Shown in pieces: positions 1 to 8,736 of a stretch of 64,000 bases of DNA. The translations under genes and the position numbers were made by a program. Origin of the DNA: Acidobacteria bacterium RIFCSPLOWO2_02_FULL_65_29 (GTDB lineage Bacteria > Acidobacteriota > Vicinamibacteria > Vicinamibacterales > CAVVIG01). Position 1 is the stretch's first letter; every line of letters begins with the position of its first letter. The stretch covers positions 36,299 to 100,298 of the forward strand of contig MEKT01000174.1 of assembly GCA_001767435.1 (NCBI GenBank), given 5' to 3'. Under the pieces are notes generated by a model. The model worked only from the letters and a program-made list of their open reading frames with translations, searched no databases and was not told the DNA's origin.

Positions 1-904
1 CCGCCTCGAGCGCGCGCGCTTGCGCGTCGTAATCACCGCTGCACATGAGCAGGCCGTCGCAGCCCGCCTCGATCGCCAGCACCGCCGCCTCCGGCACTGA
101 ATAATGGTTCGCGATGGCCTTCATCTCGAGGTCGTCGCTGAGAATCACGCCTTCGAATCCGAGCTCGTCGCGAAGGAGGCCGGTCAAAACTGGACGCGAC
201 AGCGTCGCGGGCCGCGTCTCGTCGAGGGCCGGCGCGAGAACGTGCGCCGTCATGATGGCGGCGACGCCGCTCTCGATCGCGGCCTTGAAGGGCACCAGTT
301 CCACGTCGCGGAGACGCTCGGGCGTGTGCTCCACGAGTGGCAGCTCGAGGTGAGAATCAGTCGCCGTGTCGCCGTGGCCGGGAAAGTGCTTGCCGCAGGC
401 CGCCACACCTTCGCCCTGCAGACCGCGAACAATGGCGCTGCCCAGGGACGCCACGTCGGCGGCGTTCTCGGCCAGCGCGCGGTCGCCGATCACGGGGTTT
501 TTCGGGTTCGTGTGCACGTCCAGGACGGGCGCGTAGTCGAGCGTGATGCCAACGGCCTGCAGCTCCGCGGCCAGCGCGCGCGCGAACCGCTCGGCGAGCG
601 CCACGTCGCCGCTTCGCCCGAGCGTTGCCATCGGCGGCCACTCCGTGAAAGGCGCCTTCAAACGCGCGACCCGACCGCCTTCTTGATCGACGCTGACCCA
701 GGCCGGCAGCTCCGGCGGACACCGCGCGGCCTCGAAGCACAGGTCGGCCAGCTGTTCCGGCTCGCCGATGTTGCGTGCGAAGAGGATGACGCCGCCCAGG
801 CCGAACTCCCGGGCGAGCGACCTGATCTCGACGGGAATCTGCTGTCCGTGGAAGCCGGCGACGAGCAGCCGGCCGATCTGGCGCCGGAGCGCGAGACGCG
901 ACAT
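1..904 (-). CDS. nagZ: beta-N-acetylhexosaminidase NagZ (glycoside hydrolase family 3); C-terminus runs off the left edge
   Basis: Absent from the ORF track because there is no stop in the window. My translation of the minus strand from ATG 904-902 gives MSRLALRRQIGRLLVAGFHG...VSVDQEGGRVARL...CGKHFPGHGDTATDSH...ILSDDLEMKAI. These are GH3/NagZ signature blocks, and no stop occurs down to position 2. Confidence 0.85.
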   Translation of the reverse strand, partial: MSRLALRRQIGRLLVAGFHGQQIPVEIRSLAREFGLGGVILFARNIGEPEQLADLCFEAARCPPELPAWVSVDQEGGRVARLKAPFTEWPPMATLGRSGDVALAERFARALAAELQAVGITLDYAPVLDVHTNPKNPVIGDRALAENAADVASLGSAIVRGLQGEGVAACGKHFPGHGDTATDSHLELPLVEHTPERLRDVELVPFKAAIESGVAAIMTAHVLAPALDETRPATLSRPVLTGLLRDELGFEGVILSDDLEMKAIANHYSVPEAAVLAIEAGCDGLLMCSGDYDAQARALEA

Positions 905-912
905 CGCAGTCA

Positions 913-922
913 AATTATAATT
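913..922. promoter_or_regulatory. palindromic AATTATAATT giving a TATAAT on both strands in the 24-bp nagZ / kinase divergent spacer
   Basis: On the plus strand TATAAT occupies 916-921, followed by 7 nt and then GTG 929. On the minus strand TATAAT occupies 919-914 and TAATTT 917-912, the latter followed by 7 nt and then ATG 904. Confidence 0.4.
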
Positions 923-928
923 CCGTCC

Positions 929-1918
929 GTGGCCATCGCCGCTTCGGCGCCGACGCGTATCGACCTGGCTGGCGGCACCATCGACATCTGGCCTCTCTAC
1001 CTCTTTCACGACGGCGCCGTCACGCTGAACGCCGCCATCAGCCTGCGCGCCCACGCGCTCGTCGAGGCTCGCAGCGACGGCACGATTGAGCTCTGTTCGA
1101 TCGATACGAGTCGACAGATCCGGGCCTCACACTGGTCCGAGCTGTCCGGCTCGAGCGATCTCCCGCTTCTGGCCCGTCTCGCCCGGCACTATCGGGTCGA
1201 CAACGTGACGCTCACGACCCGGGGCGAGTCGCCCGCCGGCGCCGGTATCGCCGGCTCATCGGCGCTGGCCATCGCCGCCTGCGGCGCGCTCGCGCGGTGG
1301 AGCGGCGCGCGGACGGACGCCGAGGCACTGCTGGAGGTGGCCATGAACGTCGAGTGCCAGGCCATCCGCGTGCCGACCGGCGTGCAGGACTACCGGCCCG
1401 CCCTGTACGGCGGCGTCGCGGCCATCGAGCTTCGTGTGGACGAGGTGCGCCGCGTAGGGCTCGACGTCGACCCGCGCGAGCTCGAGCGCCGCATCGTGCT
1501 CGCCTATACCGGCGCGCCGCGCAACTCCGGAACGAACAACTGGGAGATCACCAAGCGCCACCTGGACGGGGACCGTGGCGTGTTCGACTGCTTCGAGCGG
1601 ATTCGCGACACCGCCGCGGCAATGCGCGAGGCGCTCGAGCGCGGCGACTGGGAGGAGGTCGGCCGGCAGATCGCCCGGGAGTGGGACAACCGCAGATGTC
1701 TGGCACCTGGCGTCACCACGCCAGCCATCGAATCGCTCATCGGGGCGGCGTCGGCTGCCGGTGCCACGGCTGCGAAAGTCTGCGGCGCGGGCGGCGGGGG
1801 GTGTCTCTTCTGCTACGGCCCTCCGGCTTCGCGCGACGCGATCGCGGGCGCGCTCGAGCGCGGCGGCGCGCGGCTGCTGGACTACCGGATCGAGACCGAA
1901 GGCCTGCGCCTTGGATAA
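929..1918 (+). CDS. GHMP-family sugar kinase (HddA/fucokinase-like, COG2605-type)
   Basis: C-terminal two-thirds of ORF 104..1918. The protein-like part begins at GTG 929 (VAIAASAPTRIDLAGGTIDIWPLY). GHMP motif II is PAGAGIAGSSALAIA and motif III is KVCGAGGGGCLFCYG. The 5' part of the track ORF is antisense to nagZ. Confidence 0.8.
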   Translation: MAIAASAPTRIDLAGGTIDIWPLYLFHDGAVTLNAAISLRAHALVEARSDGTIELCSIDTSRQIRASHWSELSGSSDLPLLARLARHYRVDNVTLTTRGESPAGAGIAGSSALAIAACGALARWSGARTDAEALLEVAMNVECQAIRVPTGVQDYRPALYGGVAAIELRVDEVRRVGLDVDPRELERRIVLAYTGAPRNSGTNNWEITKRHLDGDRGVFDCFERIRDTAAAMREALERGDWEEVGRQIAREWDNRRCLAPGVTTPAIESLIGAASAAGATAAKVCGAGGGGCLFCYGPPASRDAIAGALERGGARLLDYRIETEGLRLG

Positions 1919-3629
1919 CCCCGCTGTCGGACGAATCCTTCGAGAAATCGCCGATCTGCTCGAGATCAAGCACGACAACCCGTTCAAGATTCGCGCGTAC
2001 CGGAACGCGGGCGACCTCGTCGCGAACCATCCCCACGCGGTCGCCTCGCTCGACGCCTCCGGGCTACGCGAAATCCCCGGCATCGGCAAGGACCTGGCGG
2101 CGCGCATCCTGGAGATCACCGAGACGGGCGGCTGCGCCTACCACCGCGAGCTCGTGGCCGAGTTCCCGCCCTCGGTCCTGGACTTGCTGCACCTGCAGGG
2201 TGTGGGCCCCAAGACCGTCGCGACGCTCTATCGCGAGTTGCACGTGCGTACGCTCGACGACCTCGAGCAGGCCGCCGTCAGCGGACGCGTTCGCGCCATT
2301 CGCGGCATGGGCGCCAAGAAGGAAGCCCTCATCCTGAAGGCGCTCGGGGAACGAAAACGCTATGCCGGCCGCCACTTGCTCGCCAGAGCCGACGAGGCCG
2401 CCCTTGCGCTCGCCGCGCACTTGCGCCAGCACGCGCCAGGCGCCGACATCACGCCCGTTGGCAGCCTTCGGCGCGGCTGCGAGACGTGCGGCGACCTGGA
2501 CATCCTCGCGGCGGGCGCTGATCAGTCGCTCATGGAGGCCCTGATGGCCTACGCGCCCGTCGAGCGCGTGCTCGCGCACGGCGAGACCAAGTCGAGCGTG
2601 CTGCTCGCCGGTGGATTACAGGCCGACCTGCGCCTCGTACCGAGCGAGAGCCGTGGGGCGGCGCTGCAGTACTTCACCGGATCGAAGACGCACAACATCG
2701 CGCTTCGCGACCGCGCGATGAGCCGCGGCCTGAAGCTCAACGAGTACGGCCTGTTCCGCGTGGAGGGAGACGAGCGCGTCGCGGGAGAGACGGAGGACGA
2801 GGTGTACCAGGCCCTCGGCCTCGACTGGATTCCACCCGAGCTTCGCGAAGCACGAGGCGAGATCGAAGCCGCCGAGGCGCGTCGTCTGCCGCGGCTCGTC
2901 GAGCGAGACGACTTGCGCGGCGATCTGCACACCCACACGACCGAAACCGACGGCAAGGACAGCGTGGCGGCCATGGCCGAGGCCGCCCGTGGAGCGGGGC
3001 TCGAGTACCTCGCCATCACGGATCACACCCAGTCGCTGGCCATGGCCAACGGCCTCGACGAGCCGCGGGCGCTCGCGCACGCCAAGGCCATCCGCGCGCT
3101 GGATGGGCACGGCGGCGTGCGGTTGCTGGCGGGTGTGGAATGCGACATCAGGCCGGACGGCTCGCTCGATCTCGCCGACGACTGCCTGGCGGCGCTCGAC
3201 GTGGTGGTCGCGTCCGTGCACTCGGCTCTGAACCAGGATCGACAGCAAATGACCGAGCGGTTGCTCCGCGCCCTCGAACACCCGCATGTCGACATCCTCG
3301 GCCATCCGACGAGCCGGATGCTCCTCAGACGCGAGCCATCGGCGGTCGACATCGAGGCCGTCGTGGCCGCCGCCGTCCGGTACCGCGTCGCGCTCGAGAT
3401 CAACAGCCAGGTCCATCGTCTCGACCTGAGCGACATCCATGCCAGACTTGCGCGCGACCTCGGGGCGCCGATTGTGATCTCGAGCGACGCGCACTCACGC
3501 GACGCCTTCGGCGTCCTCCGCTGGGGCGTGGTCGTCGCCAGGCGCGCATGGCTCGAGCCGCGCGACGTGCTCAACACGCGGCCCTTCGCCGAGTTCAAGG
3601 CGGCGCTGCGGCGCAATCGAGCTCGATGA
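1911..3629 (+). CDS. polX: DNA polymerase/3'-5' exonuclease PolX (Pol-beta-like domain + PHP domain)
   Basis: ORF 1575..3629. Conserved sequence starts at in-frame TTG 1911 (LDNPAVGRILREIADLLEIKHDNPFKIRAYRNA). It has HhH motifs (GIGKDLAARI, GVGPKTVATL), the nucleotidyltransferase motif GSLRRGCETCGDLDIL, and PHP motifs DLHTHTTETDG and SSDAHS. The TTG overlaps the kinase stop (TTGGATAA). Confidence 0.85.
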   Translation: MDNPAVGRILREIADLLEIKHDNPFKIRAYRNAGDLVANHPHAVASLDASGLREIPGIGKDLAARILEITETGGCAYHRELVAEFPPSVLDLLHLQGVGPKTVATLYRELHVRTLDDLEQAAVSGRVRAIRGMGAKKEALILKALGERKRYAGRHLLARADEAALALAAHLRQHAPGADITPVGSLRRGCETCGDLDILAAGADQSLMEALMAYAPVERVLAHGETKSSVLLAGGLQADLRLVPSESRGAALQYFTGSKTHNIALRDRAMSRGLKLNEYGLFRVEGDERVAGETEDEVYQALGLDWIPPELREARGEIEAAEARRLPRLVERDDLRGDLHTHTTETDGKDSVAAMAEAARGAGLEYLAITDHTQSLAMANGLDEPRALAHAKAIRALDGHGGVRLLAGVECDIRPDGSLDLADDCLAALDVVVASVHSALNQDRQQMTERLLRALEHPHVDILGHPTSRMLLRREPSAVDIEAVVAAAVRYRVALEINSQVHRLDLSDIHARLARDLGAPIVISSDAHSRDAFGVLRWGVVVARRAWLEPRDVLNTRPFAEFKAALRRNRAR

Positions 3630-3630
3630 A

Positions 3631-3891
3631 ATGACCGAGTTGAAGCTGTTGTCGGTAGACGAGAAGCTCGCCGAAATCAGACGCCTGTACTTTCAGACGA
3701 CGCGGCAGACTATTCAGCGGGATCTGGAGCGCGCGCTCGGACTCCTGAAATCGATGTCCACCGAAGAGCAGCGCGAGCGGGCGACGGTCTACATGGAAGG
3801 GCTCGCCGAGATGAACAAGGACTGGCTCAGGAGCGCTGGACGCAAGAAGGGCAAAGGGGCGAGGGCAAAGGGCAAAGGGCAAAGGGCATAG
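3631..3891 (+). CDS. hypothetical small protein (86 aa) with a Lys/Gly-rich tail encoded by a heptamer repeat
   Basis: ORF 3631..3891. Its ATG lies 1 nt after the polX stop. The helical-looking sequence is MTELKLLSVDEKLAEIRRLYFQTTRQ...; no family recognised. The last ~14 codons lie in the GGGCAWA repeat. Confidence 0.5.
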   Translation: MTELKLLSVDEKLAEIRRLYFQTTRQTIQRDLERALGLLKSMSTEEQRERATVYMEGLAEMNKDWLRSAGRKKGKGARAKGKGQRA

Positions 3892-3900
3892 GGCATAGGG
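3849..3900 (+). repeat. heptamer tandem repeat GGGCAWA x7.5 (eight G3-4 tracts with 3-4 nt loops)
   Basis: Units are GGGCAAA GGGGCGA GGGCAAA GGGCAAA GGGCAAA GGGCATA GGGCATA GGG. They lie between the convergent 86-aa ORF and the HEAT-like gene. Confidence 0.9.
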
Positions 3901-3901
3901 C

Positions 3902-4687
3902 TCATTTCTTCGACGTCGCCGCGACGACCTTCTTACGGGCGGCCACGCGCAGCGGCTCCGGGACGTTGCGATCGTTTGACAGCTGGGTCAGGTCCCGATC
4001 GTTCAGCCGGTTCATCATGTTCATCGACATGGCCAGCGGCGTCTTCGGATTCTTCGTGAGCCCGAGGACGACCCCGTAGTTCTTGGTCCACGCGCGGTTG
4101 CTCCCGATGATGCGGAGGATCTCTTCCCCAACGTTCGTCATCCGCGAAAAGGTGGCGACTTCCTGCTCGGTCAGTTTCGGGCTGCTCAGGACCGTCGCGC
4201 TGATCATTTTGTTCGGATCGCGAATGAGGATGGCTCGCATCTCGCGCGAGCCCTTCGACGCCGCCCTGAGCCGATCGGTGAAACCCATCTTGTTCAGCTG
4301 CATCGTGACGCTCACTCGGCGTTCGTCCTCGTTTGCGCCTGCCGGAGCCTCCTCTTTGACCTCGGCCTCCGTATCGACCAACGGCTGATCGGCCTCGGGC
4401 GCCGGAGTCTCGGCCGGCAGGATGCCGCGGTCCGCGAAGAACTCGCGCACGCCGATCGGGACGTCGGATCGCGCAAGAAACGCCGCCAACTCGGCCACGG
4501 GAATGCGGTTCAGCGTCTGGTTCGCCGTGTCCCTCACCTCGGGATCCGGATCGGCGAGGAGCAGCACGAGAATGCCGACTTGCTCCAACGCGCGCGGCGC
4601 CAGCGCGCCTTGCGCCGCCTGCAGCCGCACGTCGCGCGGAACGTCGCCGCGCTTGAAGAGGTCGAGCAACGGCGTGGGGGCTGTCAC
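3902..4687 (-). CDS. hypothetical protein, HEAT/ARM-like repeats
   Basis: ORF 3902..4687 with a GTG start overlapping the rodZ stop (GTGA). It has a coding-like composition and an acidic linker. The C-terminal block is ILIRDPNKMISATVLSSPKLTEQEV...LGLTKNPKTPLAMSM. No precise family recognised. Confidence 0.7.
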   Translation of the reverse strand: MTAPTPLLDLFKRGDVPRDVRLQAAQGALAPRALEQVGILVLLLADPDPEVRDTANQTLNRIPVAELAAFLARSDVPIGVREFFADRGILPAETPAPEADQPLVDTEAEVKEEAPAGANEDERRVSVTMQLNKMGFTDRLRAASKGSREMRAILIRDPNKMISATVLSSPKLTEQEVATFSRMTNVGEEILRIIGSNRAWTKNYGVVLGLTKNPKTPLAMSMNMMNRLNDRDLTQLSNDRNVPEPLRVAARKKVVAATSKK

Positions 4688-5487
4688 GGGGCTGCGAGAT
4701 GATCCTTGAAGTTCGCGAGCGTGAGGCGCGTCGTAATGACCTGTCCGGAACGGCCGAGCGGCCTGGCAGCGGCGCCGTTCAGCGTGAGCACGAGCCCGCC
4801 GGCGTCGCCCGCCGTGAGGACGAGCTCGCGGCGAACATCCAACTCCTGCCGCTCCCCTGCCTGCAGAAGGCGTGCGAGGACGCGCTGGCCGTCCACGATC
4901 GCCGACACCCAGCAGAGTGCGGTTGCCGACACGCCGACCGTCAGCCGATCGGCCGGGAACGTTGGAGCCGGCGGTGGCGCGGTCGGCGGCGCCTCGAACG
5001 CGTGCGCCGAAATGGGCAACGTGTCCGCGGCGGCTCGCGCCGGCACGGCCGGTCGTTGCTCCGCCTGGTCGTCGAGCGCACGCCCGCCGAACATGCCGAA
5101 GTACAAGACGATGCCAGCAATCGGCAGGGCGACCGCCACGAGACGGAGAATTGTCGCGGCCATGCGCCGATCGCTGTCGAGCGCCTCGCTGTCTTCGATG
5201 CGCGCCGCGTTGGGATGGCCGGCCGTCACCGAGTCGTTCGGAAAATGCGCGATGAAGTCCCGGATGGTCTCTTCCGGCTCCAGTCCCACTTCGCCTGCAT
5301 AGGCGCGGACGAAGGCGCGGCTGAAAATCCCACCTGGCAGGCGCGAAATGTCGTTCCGCTCGAGCGCTTCGAGCGCGCTCATGGAAATCTTGGTGGTGTT
5401 CGCGATCTGACGCAGCGAGACGCCCTTGCGCTCACGCGCCTCGCGAAGCGTGCCGCCAAAACCGCCAGGGTTGCGTTCGGGTGCCAT
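4684..5487 (-). CDS. rodZ: RodZ-like cytoskeleton protein (N-terminal HTH, TM segment, DUF4115-like C-terminus)
   Basis: ORF 4684..5487. The HTH is GGTLREARERKGVSLRQIANTTKISMSALEALERNDISRLPGGIFSRAFVRAYA. A single TM segment (ILRLVAVALPIAGIVLYFGMF) is followed by a C-terminal beta-rich domain. Confidence 0.75.
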   Translation of the reverse strand: MAPERNPGGFGGTLREARERKGVSLRQIANTTKISMSALEALERNDISRLPGGIFSRAFVRAYAGEVGLEPEETIRDFIAHFPNDSVTAGHPNAARIEDSEALDSDRRMAATILRLVAVALPIAGIVLYFGMFGGRALDDQAEQRPAVPARAAADTLPISAHAFEAPPTAPPPAPTFPADRLTVGVSATALCWVSAIVDGQRVLARLLQAGERQELDVRRELVLTAGDAGGLVLTLNGAAARPLGRSGQVITTRLTLANFKDHLAAP

Positions 5488-5510
5488 GGTCGAAGAACGA
5501 TCCGCTAATG

Positions 5511-6233
5511 TTAGGAAGCCTGCTCCGGGGTGTCAAACCGCGCGCGCACGCGTCGGACAGTGTCCTCGAGGGCGATCGCCCGGCACCCGGCCCAACCCGG
5601 TTCTGGCGGCGGCCCCATGAAGAGGCCAATCGCCGCCACCCCGGCGGCCCCGGATGCTGCGGCGCGCGACACCCGGTCGAGCGTCACCCCACCCACCGCG
5701 AGCACCGGCACGCCCGCGGCGCGAGCAATGGCCGCCAGGCCTTCGGGGCCGATCGGCGCCGTGCCGTCCCGACCTGCCGCTTTCGACTCGGTCGGCCACA
5801 CCGTGCCGGCAATCAGATAGTCGACGTCCGCCGCGACCGCGCCGGCCTCCTCCGGCGCATGCACCGACCGGCCGATGAGGAATCCCCGCGGCACGATCGC
5901 CCGTGCGGCGGAGGGCGATATCGAATCTGCCCGCAGGTGGACGCCGGCGGCAGCGCAGGCCAGCGCCACATCGAGCCGATCGTTCACGACGACACGGCAG
6001 CGGGTCCCGCGCGCGAGATTCACAATCTCCGACACCAGGCGCGCCAGATCCGCGGCCTCGAGATCGCGTTCGCGAATCTGCAGCACGTCGATGCCCGCCT
6101 CGATCGCGTGGGACACCTGGTCGAGCAGGCACCGGCGTGCACCGTCCCAGTCGGCGCCCTCGCCGGCTAGCCGCCGCCGGTCGGTGATCAGATGAAGAAT
6201 CAGGGGGCCCTCAGGTATCCGCGCGGTCGCCAA
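5511..6233 (-). CDS. thiE: thiamine-phosphate synthase
   Basis: ORF 5511..6233, with LHLITDRR...AIEAGIDVLQIRERDL...VVVNDRLDVALA..GVHL...GRSVH...ADYLIAGTVWPT.SK...VLAVGGV. This is the ThiE pattern. Confidence 0.85.
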   Translation of the reverse strand: MATARIPEGPLILHLITDRRRLAGEGADWDGARRCLLDQVSHAIEAGIDVLQIRERDLEAADLARLVSEIVNLARGTRCRVVVNDRLDVALACAAAGVHLRADSISPSAARAIVPRGFLIGRSVHAPEEAGAVAADVDYLIAGTVWPTESKAAGRDGTAPIGPEGLAAIARAAGVPVLAVGGVTLDRVSRAAASGAAGVAAIGLFMGPPPEPGWAGCRAIALEDTVRRVRARFDTPEQAS

Positions 6234-6471
6234 CCGTCGTGTCAGACGAGCCGATCGTGAACACGGGCGCGAGCTCCGCGAATCCCGCCAACAGATTGAC
6301 GACGCCGAGGCCGCTGACCGCGCCGCGCAGGTAGTGGTTGGTCAGTACCGGAAAGAGCGACGGCCACGCGTAGACAAAATAATTACGTTCCCAAAAAGCG
6401 GACCAGGGCAGCACGACGAGCAGAAGGCCGATCTCGACGAAAAGCGCCACGAAGACTAGACGGCGGACCAG
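6211..6471 (-). CDS. small two-TM membrane protein, hypothetical (start uncertain: CTG 6471 or GTG 6450)
   Basis: 3' part of ORF 6211..6744, whose 5' part overlaps the TPR gene. The hydrophobic sequence is (L)VRRLVFVALFVEIGLLLVVLPWSAFWERNYFVYAWPSLFPVL...GLGVVNLLAGFAELAPVF. Confidence 0.5.
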   Translation of the reverse strand: MVRRLVFVALFVEIGLLLVVLPWSAFWERNYFVYAWPSLFPVLTNHYLRGAVSGLGVVNLLAGFAELAPVFTIGSSDTTVGDRADT

Positions 6472-6475
6472 GACC

Positions 6476-8716
6476 CTACCCTCGCGCCTGAACTCTCGCG
6501 AGACGGTCGACGCGGGCGACGACGTCGCGATAGTCGCCGGCCTCGGCCTGCAGTTCAATGCAAATCGCCAGGGCCCGCGCCAATTCACCGCTGTCTTCGA
6601 GCGCCTGGGCCAGCTCGTACAGGAGTTGGTGCCCCTCCTCGGGCGTGGGCGCTGGCGCCTCGGCGGCGCGCTCGAACCACGCGAGCGCCTGCGCCAACAT
6701 GCCGCGCTTCCGGAAAACATGGCCGAGGATGGACGCAGTGGCAAAGCGAAGGCGCGGCGCCTTCGAGGCCAACTGCAGGATCGGAATGGCTTCGTCGACC
6801 TGTCCGGCCTCGAGCAGCGCGACGCCGCGCCTGAACTCCTCGTCGGAGCCGCCGAGCGGCGAGCGCTTCGCCGAGTCGTCGCGCGGTTTGGCCGACACGG
6901 CGTGGAGATGGCCAGCGGCGTCAGCGGCCGGCGGCGCGGGCTCTGGTCTCTCCGGCTTCTTCATGTCGGTCGGCCCGATCAGATCGACCTTCACACCATC
7001 CGAGCTGCTGTTCGCCGTCGGCGCGTTCTCGAGGTCCGGGGTGCCGTGCACATCGAGCGCGTTCGGCCCCGAGGCACCGGGCGTCATCGCCGCAACCGGC
7101 GGCCCGACAGCCGGCTGTCGTCGAAGCGAATCGTCGAGGTTCGACACCACCGGCGCATCGACGCTGGTCGCCGGCGCCGGTTCCGGCCCCTCCGCCAGGC
7201 ACGTCGCCGAGGGCTCCGACGTCAACTCGAACGCCGGCAGCTCCTCTCCGCGCAACGACAGGTCGGTGCTCATGAACGGCGACTGGCCACTCAGTCGCTC
7301 AGCGATGACCCCGTCGGGATCGGGGTCTCCCATGAGCACCAGCGCGCGGCGAAACCGCTCGATGTTGGCGCGGTCCCACGGCTCGCGCGCGACGAGATCT
7401 TCGGCAATGAACCGCGCTTCGAAAGCCGAGCCTGCCGTGATGTAGGCGTCGGCCAGCTGCGCTTGGGCGCTGTACATCGTGGCCTCGAGGCCGCCGTCGA
7501 CGCAGATTTCGACCAGACGCAACAGCGCAGGAATGTGATTGGGCACGCGCGTCACGAACTCCTGGATTCCGGCCGCTGCCGACGGCCAGTCCTCGGCGGC
7601 GACAGAGGCGTCGGCCGCGAGTTCCACAACCCGGAAGCCGGCGTCCGGTGTGCGTTCGGCCACCGTCCAGCCGAGCATCGCCACGTCCTGACGGCGCATC
7701 GGATCGTCGGCAAGGAGCCGGCGCGCGATCTCGACGCCTTCGTCGACCCGCCCGCCGCGCAGCCGGATCTCGGCGACCATCAGCAAGAGCTGGGGGTCGT
7801 TGCCAGCGGTCTCGGCGGTGAGATACTCGGCGGCGGTCGCCAGATCGCCACGAGCCGAAAACGCGCGCGCCAGGAGCGTCTGCAGCTCGAGATCCGATGG
7901 CTCGAGACGCGCGGCCTCGCGCAGCGCCGCCAGCGCTTCGTCGGCCTGGCCCTTCGCGTCGAGCTGGGCGGCCATGGCCTTGAACTGCGCGCTGGTGGAC
8001 GCGCATTCGCGCGCCCGCACGAAATCGCCGTTGGCCAGGTGCACCTGCAGCAGCTGCTCACGGACGTCCTGATCGTCCGGGCTGAGGAGGGCGGCCTCGC
8101 GCAGCGCCTCGATCGCCTCGGTCTGACGCCCCTTCTCGGTGAGCTCGGCCGCCAGCTCCTTGAAATCGCGCAGCGCGCCGGCGGCGTCGTTGACGTCGAT
8201 CCGGGCCCTGGCGGCGGCGAACCGCGCCGCGTAATCGGCCGGGTCGATCATGGCCAAGCGGATTCGCATCTGCGCCACGCCGCGCTGGTCGCCTTTGTTC
8301 CTCCGGAGCTCGAGCAACGTGTTCAAGTAGGCGCGTGCATCGCCCAGCAGCCCCTGGCTGCTGGCGATCTCGGTGCTCTGGAGCAGCGCGTGCTCGTGGT
8401 CGGGCTTGATCCTGAGGACCTTCTTGTAGATCGCGTGCGCTTTGGAGAGGAAGCCCTCGTCGCTCAGGCTGTCGGCGATATGGACGAACCGATCGACCGC
8501 CCTGTCGACCTGCCCGGCGCGCACGTACAAGTCGCCAAGAACATTGCCGGTGTTCCAGTCGCGCGGGAATTTTTCGACGACGCGCAGGTATTCCGCGATG
8601 GCCAGGTCAGGTTTTCCCTGGCGAAGCAGCGTTTCGGCGTTGCGCAGCACAGCCGCGCGATCGATGTCCACGGTCCAGGCTGTTGGTCCTCCCCGCGACT
8701 CGGGGAATCGCCGCAC
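6476..8716 (-). CDS. tetratricopeptide-repeat protein (746 aa)
   Basis: ORF 6476..8716. It has repeated TPR-like helices (AIAEYLRVVEKFPRDWNTGNVLGDLYVRAGQVDRAV, etc.), a disordered middle, and a C-terminal TPR block. An alternative start is GTG 8671. Confidence 0.8.
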   Translation of the reverse strand: MRRFPESRGGPTAWTVDIDRAAVLRNAETLLRQGKPDLAIAEYLRVVEKFPRDWNTGNVLGDLYVRAGQVDRAVDRFVHIADSLSDEGFLSKAHAIYKKVLRIKPDHEHALLQSTEIASSQGLLGDARAYLNTLLELRRNKGDQRGVAQMRIRLAMIDPADYAARFAAARARIDVNDAAGALRDFKELAAELTEKGRQTEAIEALREAALLSPDDQDVREQLLQVHLANGDFVRARECASTSAQFKAMAAQLDAKGQADEALAALREAARLEPSDLELQTLLARAFSARGDLATAAEYLTAETAGNDPQLLLMVAEIRLRGGRVDEGVEIARRLLADDPMRRQDVAMLGWTVAERTPDAGFRVVELAADASVAAEDWPSAAAGIQEFVTRVPNHIPALLRLVEICVDGGLEATMYSAQAQLADAYITAGSAFEARFIAEDLVAREPWDRANIERFRRALVLMGDPDPDGVIAERLSGQSPFMSTDLSLRGEELPAFELTSEPSATCLAEGPEPAPATSVDAPVVSNLDDSLRRQPAVGPPVAAMTPGASGPNALDVHGTPDLENAPTANSSSDGVKVDLIGPTDMKKPERPEPAPPAADAAGHLHAVSAKPRDDSAKRSPLGGSDEEFRRGVALLEAGQVDEAIPILQLASKAPRLRFATASILGHVFRKRGMLAQALAWFERAAEAPAPTPEEGHQLLYELAQALEDSGELARALAICIELQAEAGDYRDVVARVDRLARVQARG

Positions 8717-8736
8717 CGCGGGTCACGCGGGCACGG

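Noticed and set aside
104-928. 5' extensions of track ORFs. Examples are 104..1918, 1575..3629, 21814..23004, 22431..23642, 43546..44727, 45213..47486, 11196..11828, 11465..11989 and 15437..16738.
   Set aside because: The extensions overlap the preceding gene or its antisense strand and have artefact-like composition. An internal start aligns with the family N-terminus and usually overlaps the upstream stop (ATGA, GTGA or TGATG).
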